A stretch of 64,000 nucleotides of DNA from an uncultured bacterium. Lineage in GTDB: Bacteria > Chloroflexota > UBA5177 > JANWHV01. Positions 27,211-38,276 of this stretch are shown here, one piece after another (within the stretch, counting starts at the first letter, position 1; each line of letters starts with the position of its first letter). The stretch lies in contig CAVSOU010000007.1 in the NCBI GenBank assembly GCA_963729625.1, positions 352,001 to 416,000 of the forward strand. The letters run 5' to 3'. The notes under the pieces are model-generated. The model was not told where the DNA came from. It searched no databases and saw only the letters and a program-made list of their open reading frames with translations. Both the position numbers and the translations under genes were made by a program.

Positions 27211-29033
27211 GCGTCGAGGGCGCCCTGGATCGCCGTCGTGCAATCGGTCGCTACAATCTGCTTGCACACCTCGACGAAGAGGAATCCGGTCGGCTCAGCT
27301 GGAGCCTGGTGCGGAACTTCGGCAAGTATGCCATGCCGTACCGGGCCGCCGCCATCGGCAGCGCGCTCCTCATGCTCCTGTTCACCGCCGCTAACCTGGC
27401 AAACCCGTATCTCATCGGCCTTGCTATCGATCGCTATATCGATCGTGGCGACCTTGGCGGCCTCAGCGTCATATGCATCTGCCTGCTTGTTGTCAGTGTC
27501 GTGCAGTGGCTGGCCCAGTATTGGCAGGTGTGGACAATGTCCTGGGCCGGCCAGGGCATGCTGTACAGCCTCAGCGCCGAAATGTTCGCGCACCTGCAAC
27601 GGCTATCGCTGAGCTTCTATGATCGGACCGAAGTCGGTCGCGTCATGTCGAGGCTGCAGAGCGATATCGCCGTCCTTGAGACGATGCTGAGCTCGGGGCT
27701 GCTCTCCATTCTGGGATCTTTGGTCGCGCTCGTCGGGATCGTCGGCATCATGATCAGCATGAGCCCTCTGTTGGCGCTCCTCAGCTTCGCGGTTCTCCCA
27801 GTCATGTTTGCAATCGCCGCGTTCTGGCAGCGTTTCGCCCAGCGATCATTCCGGCGGACACGTGCGGCGATCTCGCTAGTCAACTCTACTTTGCAGGAAA
27901 ACATCTCCGGCATGCGCGTGATCCAGAGTCTGGCGCGTGAGGAGCGGAATAGGGCCGAATTCGACGACCTCAACAGGTACAATCTGGACACAAACCTTGA
28001 GGCCAGCCGCGTGTCCGCGTTGATCCTTCCCCTCGTGGAAGTGGTCGCTGCGGTGGCGATCGCCTTGGTGGTCGTCTATGGTGGCATCCTGGTCTCGGAC
28101 GGGCGGCTGGAAGTGGGTGTCCTGGTAGCGTTCACGCTCTATATCAATCGCTTCTTCGATCCGATCCGCGATCTGAGCCAGCAGTACACGCAGCTTCAGC
28201 GCTCCGGCGTGGCACTGGAGCGCATTAATCAGATCCTGGACATGAAAGTCGAGGTGACCGATAAGCCGGGCGCCCTCGACCTGCCAAGCGTCGCGGGCAT
28301 GGTCGAGTTCCGGCACGTAGCGTTCGGGTACGAGCCGGACGTTCCGGTCCTGCGCGACTTCGACCTGCGCATCGAGGCAGGTCGAACGGTGGCGATCGTG
28401 GGTCCTACCGGCGCCGGCAAGAGCACCATCGCCGGTCTGCTGCAGCGCTTCTATGACATTCAGGGCGGTCAGATCACGATCGATGGAATCGATGTGCGCG
28501 ATGTCACGCAGCATTCGTTGCGCAGCCAGATCGGCATGGTGCTGCAAGAGCCGTTTCTGTTCTTCGGCAGCATACGCGACAATATCCGCTATGGGAGACT
28601 CGAGGCGACCGACGTCGAGGTCGAGGAAGCGGCGCGCGCGGTGGGCGCGCATGAGCTGATACTGCATCTTCCCGCGGGCTATGACACGCCAATCCGCGAG
28701 CGCGGGCAGAACCTCAGCGTGGGGCAGCGGCAACTGATCTCATTCGCTCGAGCGCTCCTTGCCGACCCGCGTGTGCTGATACTCGACGAAGCTACCGCCA
28801 GCATCGACACGCTCACAGAGCTTCTGGTCCAGCAAGGACTGCGGCGCCTGCTGCATGGCCGCACGGCATTGGTCATCGCGCACCGCCTCTCCACGATCAA
28901 GAACGCCGACGTGATCGTCGTGCTGCAGGCCGGGAGAATCGTGGAGATGGGTACCCACGCGGAGTTGCTCGCGCGCGGCGGCGCCTATGCCTCGCTGTAC
29001 GCGATGGGTTTCCGCCACGCCTCCCTGGTATGA
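27207..29033 (+). CDS. Heterodimeric ABC exporter subunit 2 (TMD-NBD)
   Basis: GPTGAGKS, non-canonical LSVGQ, LDEAT, IAHRL; ATGA overlap with subunit 1 (TM287/288-type asymmetry). Confidence 0.92.
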   Translation: MSVEGALDRRRAIGRYNLLAHLDEEESGRLSWSLVRNFGKYAMPYRAAAIGSALLMLLFTAANLANPYLIGLAIDRYIDRGDLGGLSVICICLLVVSVVQWLAQYWQVWTMSWAGQGMLYSLSAEMFAHLQRLSLSFYDRTEVGRVMSRLQSDIAVLETMLSSGLLSILGSLVALVGIVGIMISMSPLLALLSFAVLPVMFAIAAFWQRFAQRSFRRTRAAISLVNSTLQENISGMRVIQSLAREERNRAEFDDLNRYNLDTNLEASRVSALILPLVEVVAAVAIALVVVYGGILVSDGRLEVGVLVAFTLYINRFFDPIRDLSQQYTQLQRSGVALERINQILDMKVEVTDKPGALDLPSVAGMVEFRHVAFGYEPDVPVLRDFDLRIEAGRTVAIVGPTGAGKSTIAGLLQRFYDIQGGQITIDGIDVRDVTQHSLRSQIGMVLQEPFLFFGSIRDNIRYGRLEATDVEVEEAARAVGAHELILHLPAGYDTPIRERGQNLSVGQRQLISFARALLADPRVLILDEATASIDTLTELLVQQGLRRLLHGRTALVIAHRLSTIKNADVIVVLQAGRIVEMGTHAELLARGGAYASLYAMGFRHASLV

Positions 29034-29228
29034 GGCTACGTGCCGTTGTCACCAACCGTGAAGCACGAATCCGCCACGACGCTCGAACAGGTGCACGTCG
29101 GTTCAACGTGAGGAACGCCCAGCCGATCCACGCACTTTGTAACATTTGTTGTTCACAAGTATACTGGAGGTGTTTGGCGTTTCCCCTTCCTCACCTACCT
29201 GGAGACCCGTGTTTCGCGAGACGACACG

Positions 29229-31043
29229 TTGAGACCTATTGCACCTTCGTCACCACACGACGCCGGGGCGCGTGCGGCAGGGCCGACCGTGCATGCAAGC
29301 GGCCGCGCGCAGAGTGCGACGGCTCCGGCTGGTACGCATCCAGACCGCTACAAGTGGGTGGTGCTGTCCAACACAACGGTTGGGACACTTGTTGCCACGA
29401 TCAATAGCAGCATCCTGCTGATATCGCTTCCGGCGATATTCCGCGGCATTAAGATCGATCCGCTGTCTCCAGGGAATTCGGGCTTCTTGCTTTGGATCCT
29501 GATGGGCTACATGGTGGTCACCGCCACTTTGTTGGTTACTTTTGGCCGCATATCGGACATGTTCGGCCGGGTGCGGATGTACAATCTCGGCTTCGCCATC
29601 TTCACTGTCGGTTCCATGCTGCTGGTAATTACGCCCGGAAGCGGCGCCCAGGCCGCGATGGAGATATTGATCTTCCGATTCATTCAAGGCGTTGGTGGAG
29701 CATTCCTTTTCGCCAACAGCGCGGCACTGCTTACCGATGCGTTCCCCCCGCACGAGCGGGGCCTGGCCATGGGCATCAATCAGATTGCCGCGATCGCCGG
29801 CTCCCTGGGAGGGCTATTGCTCGGCGGCTGGCTCTCGGCGGTGGACTGGCATCTCGTCTTCTTCGTCAACGTGCCATTTGGGTTGCTTGGCACTGCCTGG
29901 GCCGTTCTCAAGCTTCACGAGACGGCCACGCCGCGACGAGGCCAAAAGCTCGACGTTGCCGGCAATCTCACATTTGGGGTCGGTCTCACGGTCCTGCTGA
30001 TCGGCCTCACGTACGGGATCGAGCCATACGGCAGCAACGCGATGGGCTGGGCAAATCCATTCGTGATTGTCTGCATTGCATCGGGGATTGTCCTGCTCGC
30101 GGCTTTTGTTGGCGCCGAACTCCGCGCGCAAGATCCGCTGTTCGACCTGGACCTCTTCAAGATCCGCATGTTCTCCGCCGGCAACCTCAGTGGGTTCCTC
30201 AGCGCTCTGGCACGCGGGGGACTACAGTTCATGCTGATCATCTGGCTTCAAGGCATCTGGCTTCCGCTGCACGGCTATTCATTCGAGGTTACGCCTTTGT
30301 GGGCGGGAATCTACACGATGCCGTTGCTCATCGGGTTTGTCGTGTGCGGCCCTGTCTCCGGATGGCTGTCGGATCGTTATGGATCCCGCGCGTTCGCGAC
30401 TGGCGGCATGGCAATCTCGGCGATAGGCTTCGTCCTGATGACGTTCCTGCCGGGCGACTTCGATCCCTGGATTTTCTTCACGCTACTGCTGTTCATGGGC
30501 GCGGGGATGGGGCTGTTCGCCGCGCCTAACACCACCAGCATCATGAATTCGGTGCCACCGGAGTCGCGAGGCGTGGCTTCCGGCATGCGGGGCACATTCC
30601 TCAACGCCGGCAATATGGTGAGCATGGCCTTCTTCTTTTCGATTCTGACGGCTGGTCTGGCCTCGTCGCTACCCAGCGTCATGTATAACGGGCTCGCGCA
30701 GAACGGCCTTCCGTCCGGGCTCGCACATCGAATTGCCGGCCTTCCACCAATCAGCGTACTGTTCGCGGCATTTCTTGGCGTTAACCCGATGCGCTCGCTC
30801 ATTCCGCACGCGACCGTGGCGCACTTGAGCACGCATACGCAGACCATGCTATTTGGAAATGCATTCTTCCCCCACCTGATTCTGCCCGCGTTCATGGACG
30901 GCCTGCGCATCGCCTTCTATGTCTCGGCCGTGCTCTCGGTCATCGCGGCGGTTGCCTCGCTGCTACGCGGCAAGCACTATGTGCACGGCATTCACAACAT
31001 AAGCGATCCTGCACAAGATCCTGCCGCGTCCCGCGCCTCCTGA
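29229..31043 (+). CDS. MFS transporter, DHA2/EmrB-like
   Basis: [12 protein letters not shown] motif A, many hydrophobic helices, [10 protein letters not shown]; start uncertain. Confidence 0.88.
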   Translation: MRPIAPSSPHDAGARAAGPTVHASGRAQSATAPAGTHPDRYKWVVLSNTTVGTLVATINSSILLISLPAIFRGIKIDPLSPGNSGFLLWILMGYMVVTATLLVTFGRISDMFGRVRMYNLGFAIFTVGSMLLVITPGSGAQAAMEILIFRFIQGVGGAFLFANSAALLTDAFPPHERGLAMGINQIAAIAGSLGGLLLGGWLSAVDWHLVFFVNVPFGLLGTAWAVLKLHETATPRRGQKLDVAGNLTFGVGLTVLLIGLTYGIEPYGSNAMGWANPFVIVCIASGIVLLAAFVGAELRAQDPLFDLDLFKIRMFSAGNLSGFLSALARGGLQFMLIIWLQGIWLPLHGYSFEVTPLWAGIYTMPLLIGFVVCGPVSGWLSDRYGSRAFATGGMAISAIGFVLMTFLPGDFDPWIFFTLLLFMGAGMGLFAAPNTTSIMNSVPPESRGVASGMRGTFLNAGNMVSMAFFFSILTAGLASSLPSVMYNGLAQNGLPSGLAHRIAGLPPISVLFAAFLGVNPMRSLIPHATVAHLSTHTQTMLFGNAFFPHLILPAFMDGLRIAFYVSAVLSVIAAVASLLRGKHYVHGIHNISDPAQDPAASRAS

Positions 31044-31079
31044 CGGTCGGCGGACGGCGCTGGAGCAGGCAGATTCCTC

Positions 31080-32573
31080 TCACGCAGCCGGTGTACCCGC
31101 AGCTGCGCGAGTGCTGGTCGCCGTCGGCGTCATCGTGACCGTGTAGATGCTTGTGGGCGTCCTGGTTGCGGTCGCGGTGGCCGTGCTTGTGCGCGTCGGC
31201 GTGCTGGTTGGCGTGCTCGTTGCGGTGCGAGTGCTGGTCGCCGTCGGCGTCGTCGTGACCGTGTAGGTGCTTGTGGGCGTCCTGGTTGCGGTCGCGGTGG
31301 CCGTGCTTGTGCGCGTCGGCGTGCTGGTTGGCGTGCTCGTTGCGGTGCGAGTACTGGTCGCCGTCGGCGTCTTCGTCAACGTGTAGGTGCTTGTGGGCGT
31401 CCTGGTTGCGGTCGCGGTGGCCGTGCTTGTGCGCGTCGGCGTGCTGGTTGGTGTGCTCGTTGCGGTGCGAGTACTGGTCGCCGTCGGCGTCTTCGTGACC
31501 GTGTAGGTACTTGTCGGCGTCCTGGTTGCGGTCGCGGTGGCCGTGCTTGTGCGCGTCGGCGTGCCGGTTGGCGTGCTCGTGGAGGTGGCTGTCGGGGACG
31601 CAACAGGCCCGCTCGAGCCAACGTTCATCGTGTACGCTTCATCAGAGGCGTTGGCGACGTAATTCCAGGAGAGCTCGGCCCAGCCGTTCAGTCCCCACCA
31701 TGTATCCCACGAGTTCTCGATCCACACGCCTGCGGCGTCGTACTTGGCGGCAAAGATGCCGTGGTAGCCGTATAATGGGCCGCTCGTAGAATCGACCAGG
31801 TGATTGGTCGCGCTCGCATAGTAGAAGCTATTGTAGACGGCGATGCCCAGGACGACGGGGAAGCCGGCGGCCATGGCTGCCTCTATCGCCTGCTGGTCGG
31901 AAGCAAGACTGCCGGTTCCGACGTAAAGCACGTTGTAGCCGAGAATCTTGTTCTGGGCCGCGTTGGCCTTCTCCGACGCAGTTGGTTGGTCCAGGTAGTC
32001 GAAATCGCCCTGGCGGTAGTCGGCGCGGCTATCGATTCCCTGCTGCGTCAGTATCGAGAAGTTGCCGTAGAAGGATGAGCCGTTGTCCGAACCGCCATTG
32101 ATCTGGCTGTACAGGTATTCCGGTTCGAAGCCGACCGGTGACACCTGTGGGAACGTACCGCTCTTTCTTGCGTACCAGCCACGCAAGTAGTAACCGGTGG
32201 CCCACGACGCGCAGGAACCAACCTGGCCCTGGTTGCCCACGGGCGGCGCGTATTGGGAAAGGTCCACGCTGGCAGGTAGATTGACGGACGCGCCGACGGA
32301 CATACCTGCGCTGTATTGCCGCTTCGGACCCGTGGCCCTCTGCAGGCCGTTTGCGTTGAAATGGCCAGGGCCAAGGGCTTGGCCGGTCACCGCCGGAAGG
32401 TACTGGATTGCCGCCGGAAGCGTTCCGCCTGCCGCGGCACGTACCGTGCGTACCGGGGCGCTCCAGGCACCGGATACGACGAGGAGTCCGCACAGCGCCA
32501 CGGCCGCCGCAGCGTTCCGGCCCAACCCGCACCAGGATCTTCCACCAGTAGCATGTACGTCGCGTGCGGCCAT
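31080..32573 (-). CDS. Secreted papain-family (C1A) cysteine peptidase with Thr/Pro-rich repeat tail
   Basis: Signal peptide, [12 protein letters not shown] (Gln, Cys), YHGI (His), ENSW (Asn). Confidence 0.88.
   Translation of the reverse strand: MAARDVHATGGRSWCGLGRNAAAAVALCGLLVVSGAWSAPVRTVRAAAGGTLPAAIQYLPAVTGQALGPGHFNANGLQRATGPKRQYSAGMSVGASVNLPASVDLSQYAPPVGNQGQVGSCASWATGYYLRGWYARKSGTFPQVSPVGFEPEYLYSQINGGSDNGSSFYGNFSILTQQGIDSRADYRQGDFDYLDQPTASEKANAAQNKILGYNVLYVGTGSLASDQQAIEAAMAAGFPVVLGIAVYNSFYYASATNHLVDSTSGPLYGYHGIFAAKYDAAGVWIENSWDTWWGLNGWAELSWNYVANASDEAYTMNVGSSGPVASPTATSTSTPTGTPTRTSTATATATRTPTSTYTVTKTPTATSTRTATSTPTSTPTRTSTATATATRTPTSTYTLTKTPTATSTRTATSTPTSTPTRTSTATATATRTPTSTYTVTTTPTATSTRTATSTPTSTPTRTSTATATATRTPTSIYTVTMTPTATSTRAAAGTPAA
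31107..31580. repeat. About 4 tandem copies of a 120-bp coding repeat (40-aa Thr/Ser/Pro unit)
   Basis: Lines starting 31141, 31261, 31381 and 31501 are near-identical; unit [40 protein letters not shown]. Confidence 0.92.
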
Positions 32574-32946
32574 CAGGTTCCCTCCTCGTGCGTCTGGTGC
32601 AAATAAGTTCTCTTGGATAGATGCACGTGTGCGTCACTGCGCAAAACGTAGAAGGCCGCGTACACTGACCATCGCTGGTTCATGTTCGCGGCCTTTACCA
32701 CAGTGTTCACCATTTCGGTAGCCGGGCTAACTCGGTGAGTCCCCAGGCTTTGCGTCCCCAGCTCGCGCTGGGTTTGCCATTATCGTTGATTTCGCGATAT
32801 TCACTTGTATACAGGGGCTCCTATCAAGATTGCCCCCGACGTCACACTAGCCTATTTCTCCCTCATGTGCACTACTCGATCGGGCACCTTCCTCCAGGAA
32901 ACCGAGTTTCCCGTGCTCTTGCGTGCCGGGAAGCGCCACGCACACT

Positions 32947-35376
32947 CTAGCTCCAGGTCCAGTTCCTGATTTCCGGCAGATCCTCCATATGTTCTCGCGA
33001 GTACGCTACCGACTTGTTGATCTGGGACTGCAATTCCGTGAGCAGGCCGGATGCCTGAGGCCGGAGGCGGCTTGCGCGCTTGAGCGACTCCATCGCCAGG
33101 TGGAACCGGCTCATGTGATTGAGGATCACCATGTCGAACGGCGTGGTGGTCGTGCCCTGCTCATTGAAGCCCCGAACGTGAAATCGCTCTGCATTCACGC
33201 GGCCGTGAACGATTTCGTGTACGGCGCGCTGGTACCCGTGGAATGCGAAGATTACGGGCTTGTCAGCGGTAAAGAGGTCCACGAACGCGGTCTCCGTCAT
33301 TCCGTGCGGATGGTCGTTCTGCGGAAAAAGGCACATCAGATCGACGACATTCACGACGCGAACCTTGAGCTCCGGAATATGGTCGCGTAGCCAGTGCGCC
33401 GCTGCCAGCGTCTCCTGAGTCGGGATGTCGCCTGCGGCCGCGAGCACGACGTCGGGCTCGACGCCGTGGTCGTTGCCGGCCCAATGCCAGATCGACGCGC
33501 CACGGCGGCAGTGCTCGATTGCATCTTCGATGTTCAAGTATTGCAGCTGCGGCTGCTTGTCGATGACGATGAGATTGACGTAGTTGCGGCTTCGCAGGCA
33601 GTGATCCGCCACGGACAGGAGGCAGTTTGCGTCCGGCGGGAGGTAGATGCGCGTCACGGTACCCTTCTTGGACAGCATGACGTCGATCAGGCCCGGGCCC
33701 TGGTGGCTGAAGCCGTTGTGATCGTTGCGCCAGCACGTCGACGTGAGAAGCGTGTTGAGAGAGGCGATCGGCTCGCGCCAGGGCAGCTCCATCGCCTCCT
33801 GCATCCATTTTGAGTGCTGAACGAGCATGGATGCAGATACCATGGCAAACGATTCGTACGTTGCAAACACCCCATGTCGTCCGGTCAACGTGTAACCCTC
33901 GAGCCAGCCCTCGCAGTTGTGCTCGCTCAATACCTCCATCACGCGTCCGTCAGGAGACACGTGATCGTCGATGGAGACTGTGGGGCCGACAAAGCACCGA
34001 TTCTCGACCTCGAACACGCTTCCAAGGCGGTTGGAATTGGTCTCATCCGGACAGAACAGCCTGAAGTTGGCCTGCTCCTTGTTCCGGACATAGATGTCGC
34101 GTAACAGCTGGCCAAACTGTCTGGGTGACTCGTGGAACGTCGCGCCCGGCCGCTTGATCTCCAGAGCGTATTCCTTGAAGTCCGGAATGTCCAGGTTGAC
34201 CAACAGTTTGCCGCCGTTGGCGTGCGGGTTAGCGCCCATGCGGAGATCGCCCTTGGGCGAGAGCTCGGCCAGCTCGGGAGTCAACCGTCCATTCCGGTCG
34301 AACAACTCATCCGGTTTGTATGACGTGAGCCACTCTTCAAGAAGCCTCAGGTGCTCTGGATTTGTCCGAACCTCGCTCAACGGCACCTGGTGCGACCTGA
34401 ACGTACCTTCGGTAGGCAATCCGTCGACGGACTTTGGGCCGGTCCAGCCCTTCGGCGTGCGAAGCACGATTGCCGGCCAGCGCGGCCGGGATGTGAAGCC
34501 GTTCAACCGTGCAGCTTGCTGAATCGCGCGAATCTCCGCGTAGCAGGCATCCAGAGTCGCCGCGAACAGCTGGTGCGCTTCAGCCGGATCGGCGCTCTCG
34601 ACGAAATGCACGTCGTAGCCGTGACCGCCGATGATAGACCGAATATCCTCGTCGCTTGACCGTCCAAGCACGGTCGGACCGCCGATCTTGTACCCGTTGA
34701 GGTGCAGAACGGGCAGCACCGCGCCGTCTCGAACCGGGTTGATGAAGCTTGGGCCCTTCCAACCGCCCGCGAGTGGGCCGGTTTCGGCCTCGCCGTCGCC
34801 GACGACCGCGATCGCGATCAGATCCGGGTTGTCGAACACCGACCCAAACGCATGCATCAGTACGTAGCCCAGCTCGCCACCCTCGTGGATTGAGCCGGGC
34901 GTGGTGACGCTTACATGGCTCGGGATGCCGCCCGGCGTGGAAAACTGCCGGAAGAGGTGGCGCATACCTTCTACGTCCTCAGACACCTGCGGATAGATCT
35001 CCGAGTAGGTTCCCTCGAGGTAGACGGCCGCGACCAGCGCAGGACCTCCGTGACCGGGGCCTGCCAGGTAAATGCAGTTGGCCCCCTGCTCGCTGATCAG
35101 CCGGTTGACATGCACGTAGATGAACGAGAGGCCTGGTGATGTGCCCCAATGCCCAAGCAGCCGGGGCTTGATATGTTCGGGTCGCAACGGATACCGCAGC
35201 AGTGGATTGTCCTGGAGGTAGATCTGGCCTACGGTCAGGTAGTTGATCGCCTGCCAATAACGATGCATTCGCTGCAACAGGTCTTCGGACAATGGTCCCG
35301 CGACGGGTTCGCGAGGAACCGGGATAGCCGTCTCGCCCTCAACCGTGGTCGACAGGGCAACGTCAAATTCATACAC
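32947..35376 (-). CDS. xfp: Xylulose-5-P/fructose-6-P phosphoketolase
   Basis: LLGHWGT, GPGHG, SIHEGGELG, GDGEAETG, NGYKI, LSEH.CEG, DHNGFSHQ. Confidence 0.95.
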   Translation of the reverse strand: MYEFDVALSTTVEGETAIPVPREPVAGPLSEDLLQRMHRYWQAINYLTVGQIYLQDNPLLRYPLRPEHIKPRLLGHWGTSPGLSFIYVHVNRLISEQGANCIYLAGPGHGGPALVAAVYLEGTYSEIYPQVSEDVEGMRHLFRQFSTPGGIPSHVSVTTPGSIHEGGELGYVLMHAFGSVFDNPDLIAIAVVGDGEAETGPLAGGWKGPSFINPVRDGAVLPVLHLNGYKIGGPTVLGRSSDEDIRSIIGGHGYDVHFVESADPAEAHQLFAATLDACYAEIRAIQQAARLNGFTSRPRWPAIVLRTPKGWTGPKSVDGLPTEGTFRSHQVPLSEVRTNPEHLRLLEEWLTSYKPDELFDRNGRLTPELAELSPKGDLRMGANPHANGGKLLVNLDIPDFKEYALEIKRPGATFHESPRQFGQLLRDIYVRNKEQANFRLFCPDETNSNRLGSVFEVENRCFVGPTVSIDDHVSPDGRVMEVLSEHNCEGWLEGYTLTGRHGVFATYESFAMVSASMLVQHSKWMQEAMELPWREPIASLNTLLTSTCWRNDHNGFSHQGPGLIDVMLSKKGTVTRIYLPPDANCLLSVADHCLRSRNYVNLIVIDKQPQLQYLNIEDAIEHCRRGASIWHWAGNDHGVEPDVVLAAAGDIPTQETLAAAHWLRDHIPELKVRVVNVVDLMCLFPQNDHPHGMTETAFVDLFTADKPVIFAFHGYQRAVHEIVHGRVNAERFHVRGFNEQGTTTTPFDMVILNHMSRFHLAMESLKRASRLRPQASGLLTELQSQINKSVAYSREHMEDLPEIRNWTWS

Positions 35377-35706
35377 AGCCTTCTCCTGTCAATGGGGCAG
35401 TCAAACCCACTTCAATAGCTTTGGTGCTCCCGAGGCCCGTCAAGGCGGCGGCGGACGCAGTCCAAACGGAGCGCTCCCCACTCCCTGCTCTGTTCCACCT
35501 CCCACATAGCGGCTCGTCATCACGAGGGGCACCAGACGTATGGTATCAGCCCGAGTGCATGGACCTTCAAGGGTAGGGCTCGCCCTCCGGCCGCGGCCGG
35601 CGTTCAAGCATGCACCGGTGCACGGAGCGCCGCACACCTCGCGAGGCTTCACCGCCGCGCAGCCGGCGTCATGCGGACTGCCGGCACTGTGCGACGCCCG
35701 GCACGT

Positions 35707-37953
35707 TCAGGTCTGGCGACCGCGCTGCTGCCACCAGGCATCGAAGTCGATGGCATCCTGCGCCGGCGTTCGGCCTGACGCTCCTCGCCTAACGTGGTCG
35801 CCGCCGGGCCGCACCGCGTGCTCTTCGGAGATCTGGTTGCAAAGCAGCACCACGACACTATGCGCCCGGACGAGGTACGAAAGCTCCTCGAAGGGCTCCT
35901 CGTGGCCCGCCTCCAGGATGTCGTTCGGCGAGGGTCGGGATGTGTCCAACACGATGTACCATCGGCGCGCACCGTCGAGTGGTGAGGGCAGCTCAAAGTT
36001 CGCGTCGACCGCGGCCATGTTGAGCATCACGTGCAGCGCGGGATCGCTCAGCGACTCGGTGAGAGTGAAGGCCAGATAACGGCTTTCGGAATCGCTCCAC
36101 GCCGGATCATGCAGGTAGCGACCGTGCCAGGAGATGTCTCTCAGACCATGCAGGCCCACCTCTCCCGTGAAGAAGCGCCCGCGCAGCAGGCTGGGATTAA
36201 GCTTGCGGAAGGCGATCGCAAGCTTGACGAAGCGATACATATCCCGGTTCTGCTCAAGCTGCCCCCAGTCGAACCAGCCAATCTCGTTGTCCTGGCAGTA
36301 GGCGTTGTTGTTACCGCCTTGTGAACGTCGGACCTCGTCGCCTGCAAGGAGCATCGGCACTCCCTGAGACAACAGCAAAAGCGCGATGAAGTTCTTCATC
36401 TGCTGCGTGCGTAGCGTGAGTATCTCGGTCTCACGGGTGGGACCTTCAAACCCGCAATTCCAGCTCATGTTGTCATTAGCGCCATCCCGGTTGTCCTCGC
36501 CGTTCGCAATGTTATGCTTCTCGTCATAGGAGACCAGGTCGTACAGGGTAAACCCGTCATGGCATGTGATGAAGTTGACGCTATTGATCGGTACGGATCC
36601 CGCACGACTGAACACGTCGGCGCTGCCGCAAATGCGCGAAGCTAGCGAGCCGATCATGCCCGGATCTCCGCGCACAAACCGGCGGACGTCGTCCCGAAAG
36701 TGGCCGTTCCATACCGCCCAGCGATGGCCGGGAAAGCGCCCAACCTCATAGAGACCGGCTGCGTCCCATGCCTCCGCGATTACCTTGGTGTTCGCAAGCA
36801 CCTCGGACAGTTCGATAGCCCAGATCACCGGTGGATGCACCAGCGGGACGCCGTCCTCGCCACGCGACATGATGGAAGCTTCGTCGAAGCGGAAGCCATC
36901 GACGTGCATCTCGCGCACCCAGAACTCCAACGAGTCAAGAATCAGCTTCATGACGATCGGGTGGTTGCAGTTGACTGTGTTGCCACAACCCGAGAAGTCG
37001 AGATATAACTCCTTGTTCTCCGGCCTGAGCATGTAGTACGACGCATTGTCCAGCCCTCGGAAGCTGATGATCGGGCCCTTCTCGTTTCCTTCTCCGGTGT
37101 GGTTGAACACAACGTCCAGAATGACCTCAATACCTGCTCGATGCAGCGACTTGACCATTTCTCTGAACTCGCGGATGTGATCGGTATAGCTCGGCGAGAC
37201 ACAGTAGCCGGGATGCGGGCAGAAGAATCCAATAGTGCTGTAGCCCCAGTAGTTTGAGAGGCGCTGGTTGGTAAGCGGATTGACCCGCGAGTCTTCGTTT
37301 GGGTCGAATTGGAAGGTGGGCAGCAACTCGACCGCGGTCACCCCCAGGTCCTGCAGATATGGGATCTTTTCAGTAACGCCAAGGAACGTGCCAGGGTGTT
37401 TAGCGGCGGCCGAAGGAGATCTCGTGAATCCGCCTACGTGCATTTCGTAGATAATGCTCTTGTTCATGGGATGGTTCAGCGGAGCATCGCCTTCCCAGTC
37501 GTAGCCGCTGGTATCAACCACAACGCTTCTGATGCAAGTTGCCGCGTTGTACGGCGGCATCGTCGCGGCAACCCGATCCCAGTGGCCCATATCGTTTGCC
37601 CGCGCATAGGGATCGGCCAAACCCTTGTTCCAGTCGTATCGGTTTCCCTGGCCGTGAAGATCTCGCGGGCCATGAACGCGAAAGGCATACTCCGCCCCGG
37701 GTCGCAAGTCCTTCACATAGATGTGCCAGAACAGAAATGTGCGATTCTCGACTGGATCGAGCTGAATCTGCCGTATCGACTCCGTGTCGCCTGACCGCTC
37801 ATAGAGGAGTAGCGCCACTGCCGTTGCCGACCCGCAGTAAATACAGAAATTCACCCCATTCCCGTCGTACACCGCGCCAAGGGGATGGGGCGAGCCGGGA
37901 GACAACGCCAAGGCAGATGGGAGCGGTTCCGGAACTGCCACAGGGTCCGCCAT
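35707..37953 (-). CDS. glgX: Glycogen debranching enzyme/isoamylase (GH13)
   Basis: PLGA, YEMHV, NYWGY, DVVFNH, DGFRFD, AEAWD, TCHDGF, NNAYCQD; likely start ATG 37953. Confidence 0.93.
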   Translation of the reverse strand: MADPVAVPEPLPSALALSPGSPHPLGAVYDGNGVNFCIYCGSATAVALLLYERSGDTESIRQIQLDPVENRTFLFWHIYVKDLRPGAEYAFRVHGPRDLHGQGNRYDWNKGLADPYARANDMGHWDRVAATMPPYNAATCIRSVVVDTSGYDWEGDAPLNHPMNKSIIYEMHVGGFTRSPSAAAKHPGTFLGVTEKIPYLQDLGVTAVELLPTFQFDPNEDSRVNPLTNQRLSNYWGYSTIGFFCPHPGYCVSPSYTDHIREFREMVKSLHRAGIEVILDVVFNHTGEGNEKGPIISFRGLDNASYYMLRPENKELYLDFSGCGNTVNCNHPIVMKLILDSLEFWVREMHVDGFRFDEASIMSRGEDGVPLVHPPVIWAIELSEVLANTKVIAEAWDAAGLYEVGRFPGHRWAVWNGHFRDDVRRFVRGDPGMIGSLASRICGSADVFSRAGSVPINSVNFITCHDGFTLYDLVSYDEKHNIANGEDNRDGANDNMSWNCGFEGPTRETEILTLRTQQMKNFIALLLLSQGVPMLLAGDEVRRSQGGNNNAYCQDNEIGWFDWGQLEQNRDMYRFVKLAIAFRKLNPSLLRGRFFTGEVGLHGLRDISWHGRYLHDPAWSDSESRYLAFTLTESLSDPALHVMLNMAAVDANFELPSPLDGARRWYIVLDTSRPSPNDILEAGHEEPFEELSYLVRAHSVVVLLCNQISEEHAVRPGGDHVRRGASGRTPAQDAIDFDAWWQQRGRQT

Positions 37954-38212
37954 GCGTTCGTCCTGCTTTCTTGCGCGCGAACTGTCTTTCGTCGCGCCTC
38001 GGTCACGGCGACGAGCTGGGGCGTCCGCCCATCGCACCGCACATGCCTAGGCCGTCAACGCTTGTCCAGTACGGCACCTGTATTCAGGGTAGCTACGCCG
38101 GCGCAGAGCGCCGAAAGTTTGTGGACACGACACCCGTCGTAGGCGAGGGATTCTGCGCCGTGCAGTCGCAAACAGCCGCCCGCCACGCCTCTCTCATGAC
38201 GGCCACGAGAGC

Positions 38213-38246
38213 GCAGCCCAGCCAGGCCATGGCCTGGCTGGGCTGC
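38213..38246. terminator. Perfect 34-bp palindrome downstream of pntB (probable terminator or stabiliser hairpin)
   Basis: GCAGCCCAGCCAGGCC-AT-GGCCTGGCTGGGCTGC, 30 bp past the pntB stop. Confidence 0.5.
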
Positions 38247-38276
38247 CACACCGTCGCACCGGGAGTTCTCGAACGT

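Noticed and set aside
29137-29159. Possible Rex operator upstream of the MFS gene (TTGTAACATTTGTTGTTCACAA)
   Set aside because: Only one good half-site, and the spacing does not fit TTGTGAA-N4-TTCACAA. It may be another regulator's site, but I cannot support that.
31107-31580. CRISPR-like array
   Set aside because: The units are contiguous in-frame 120-bp coding repeats with no unique spacers and no cas genes.
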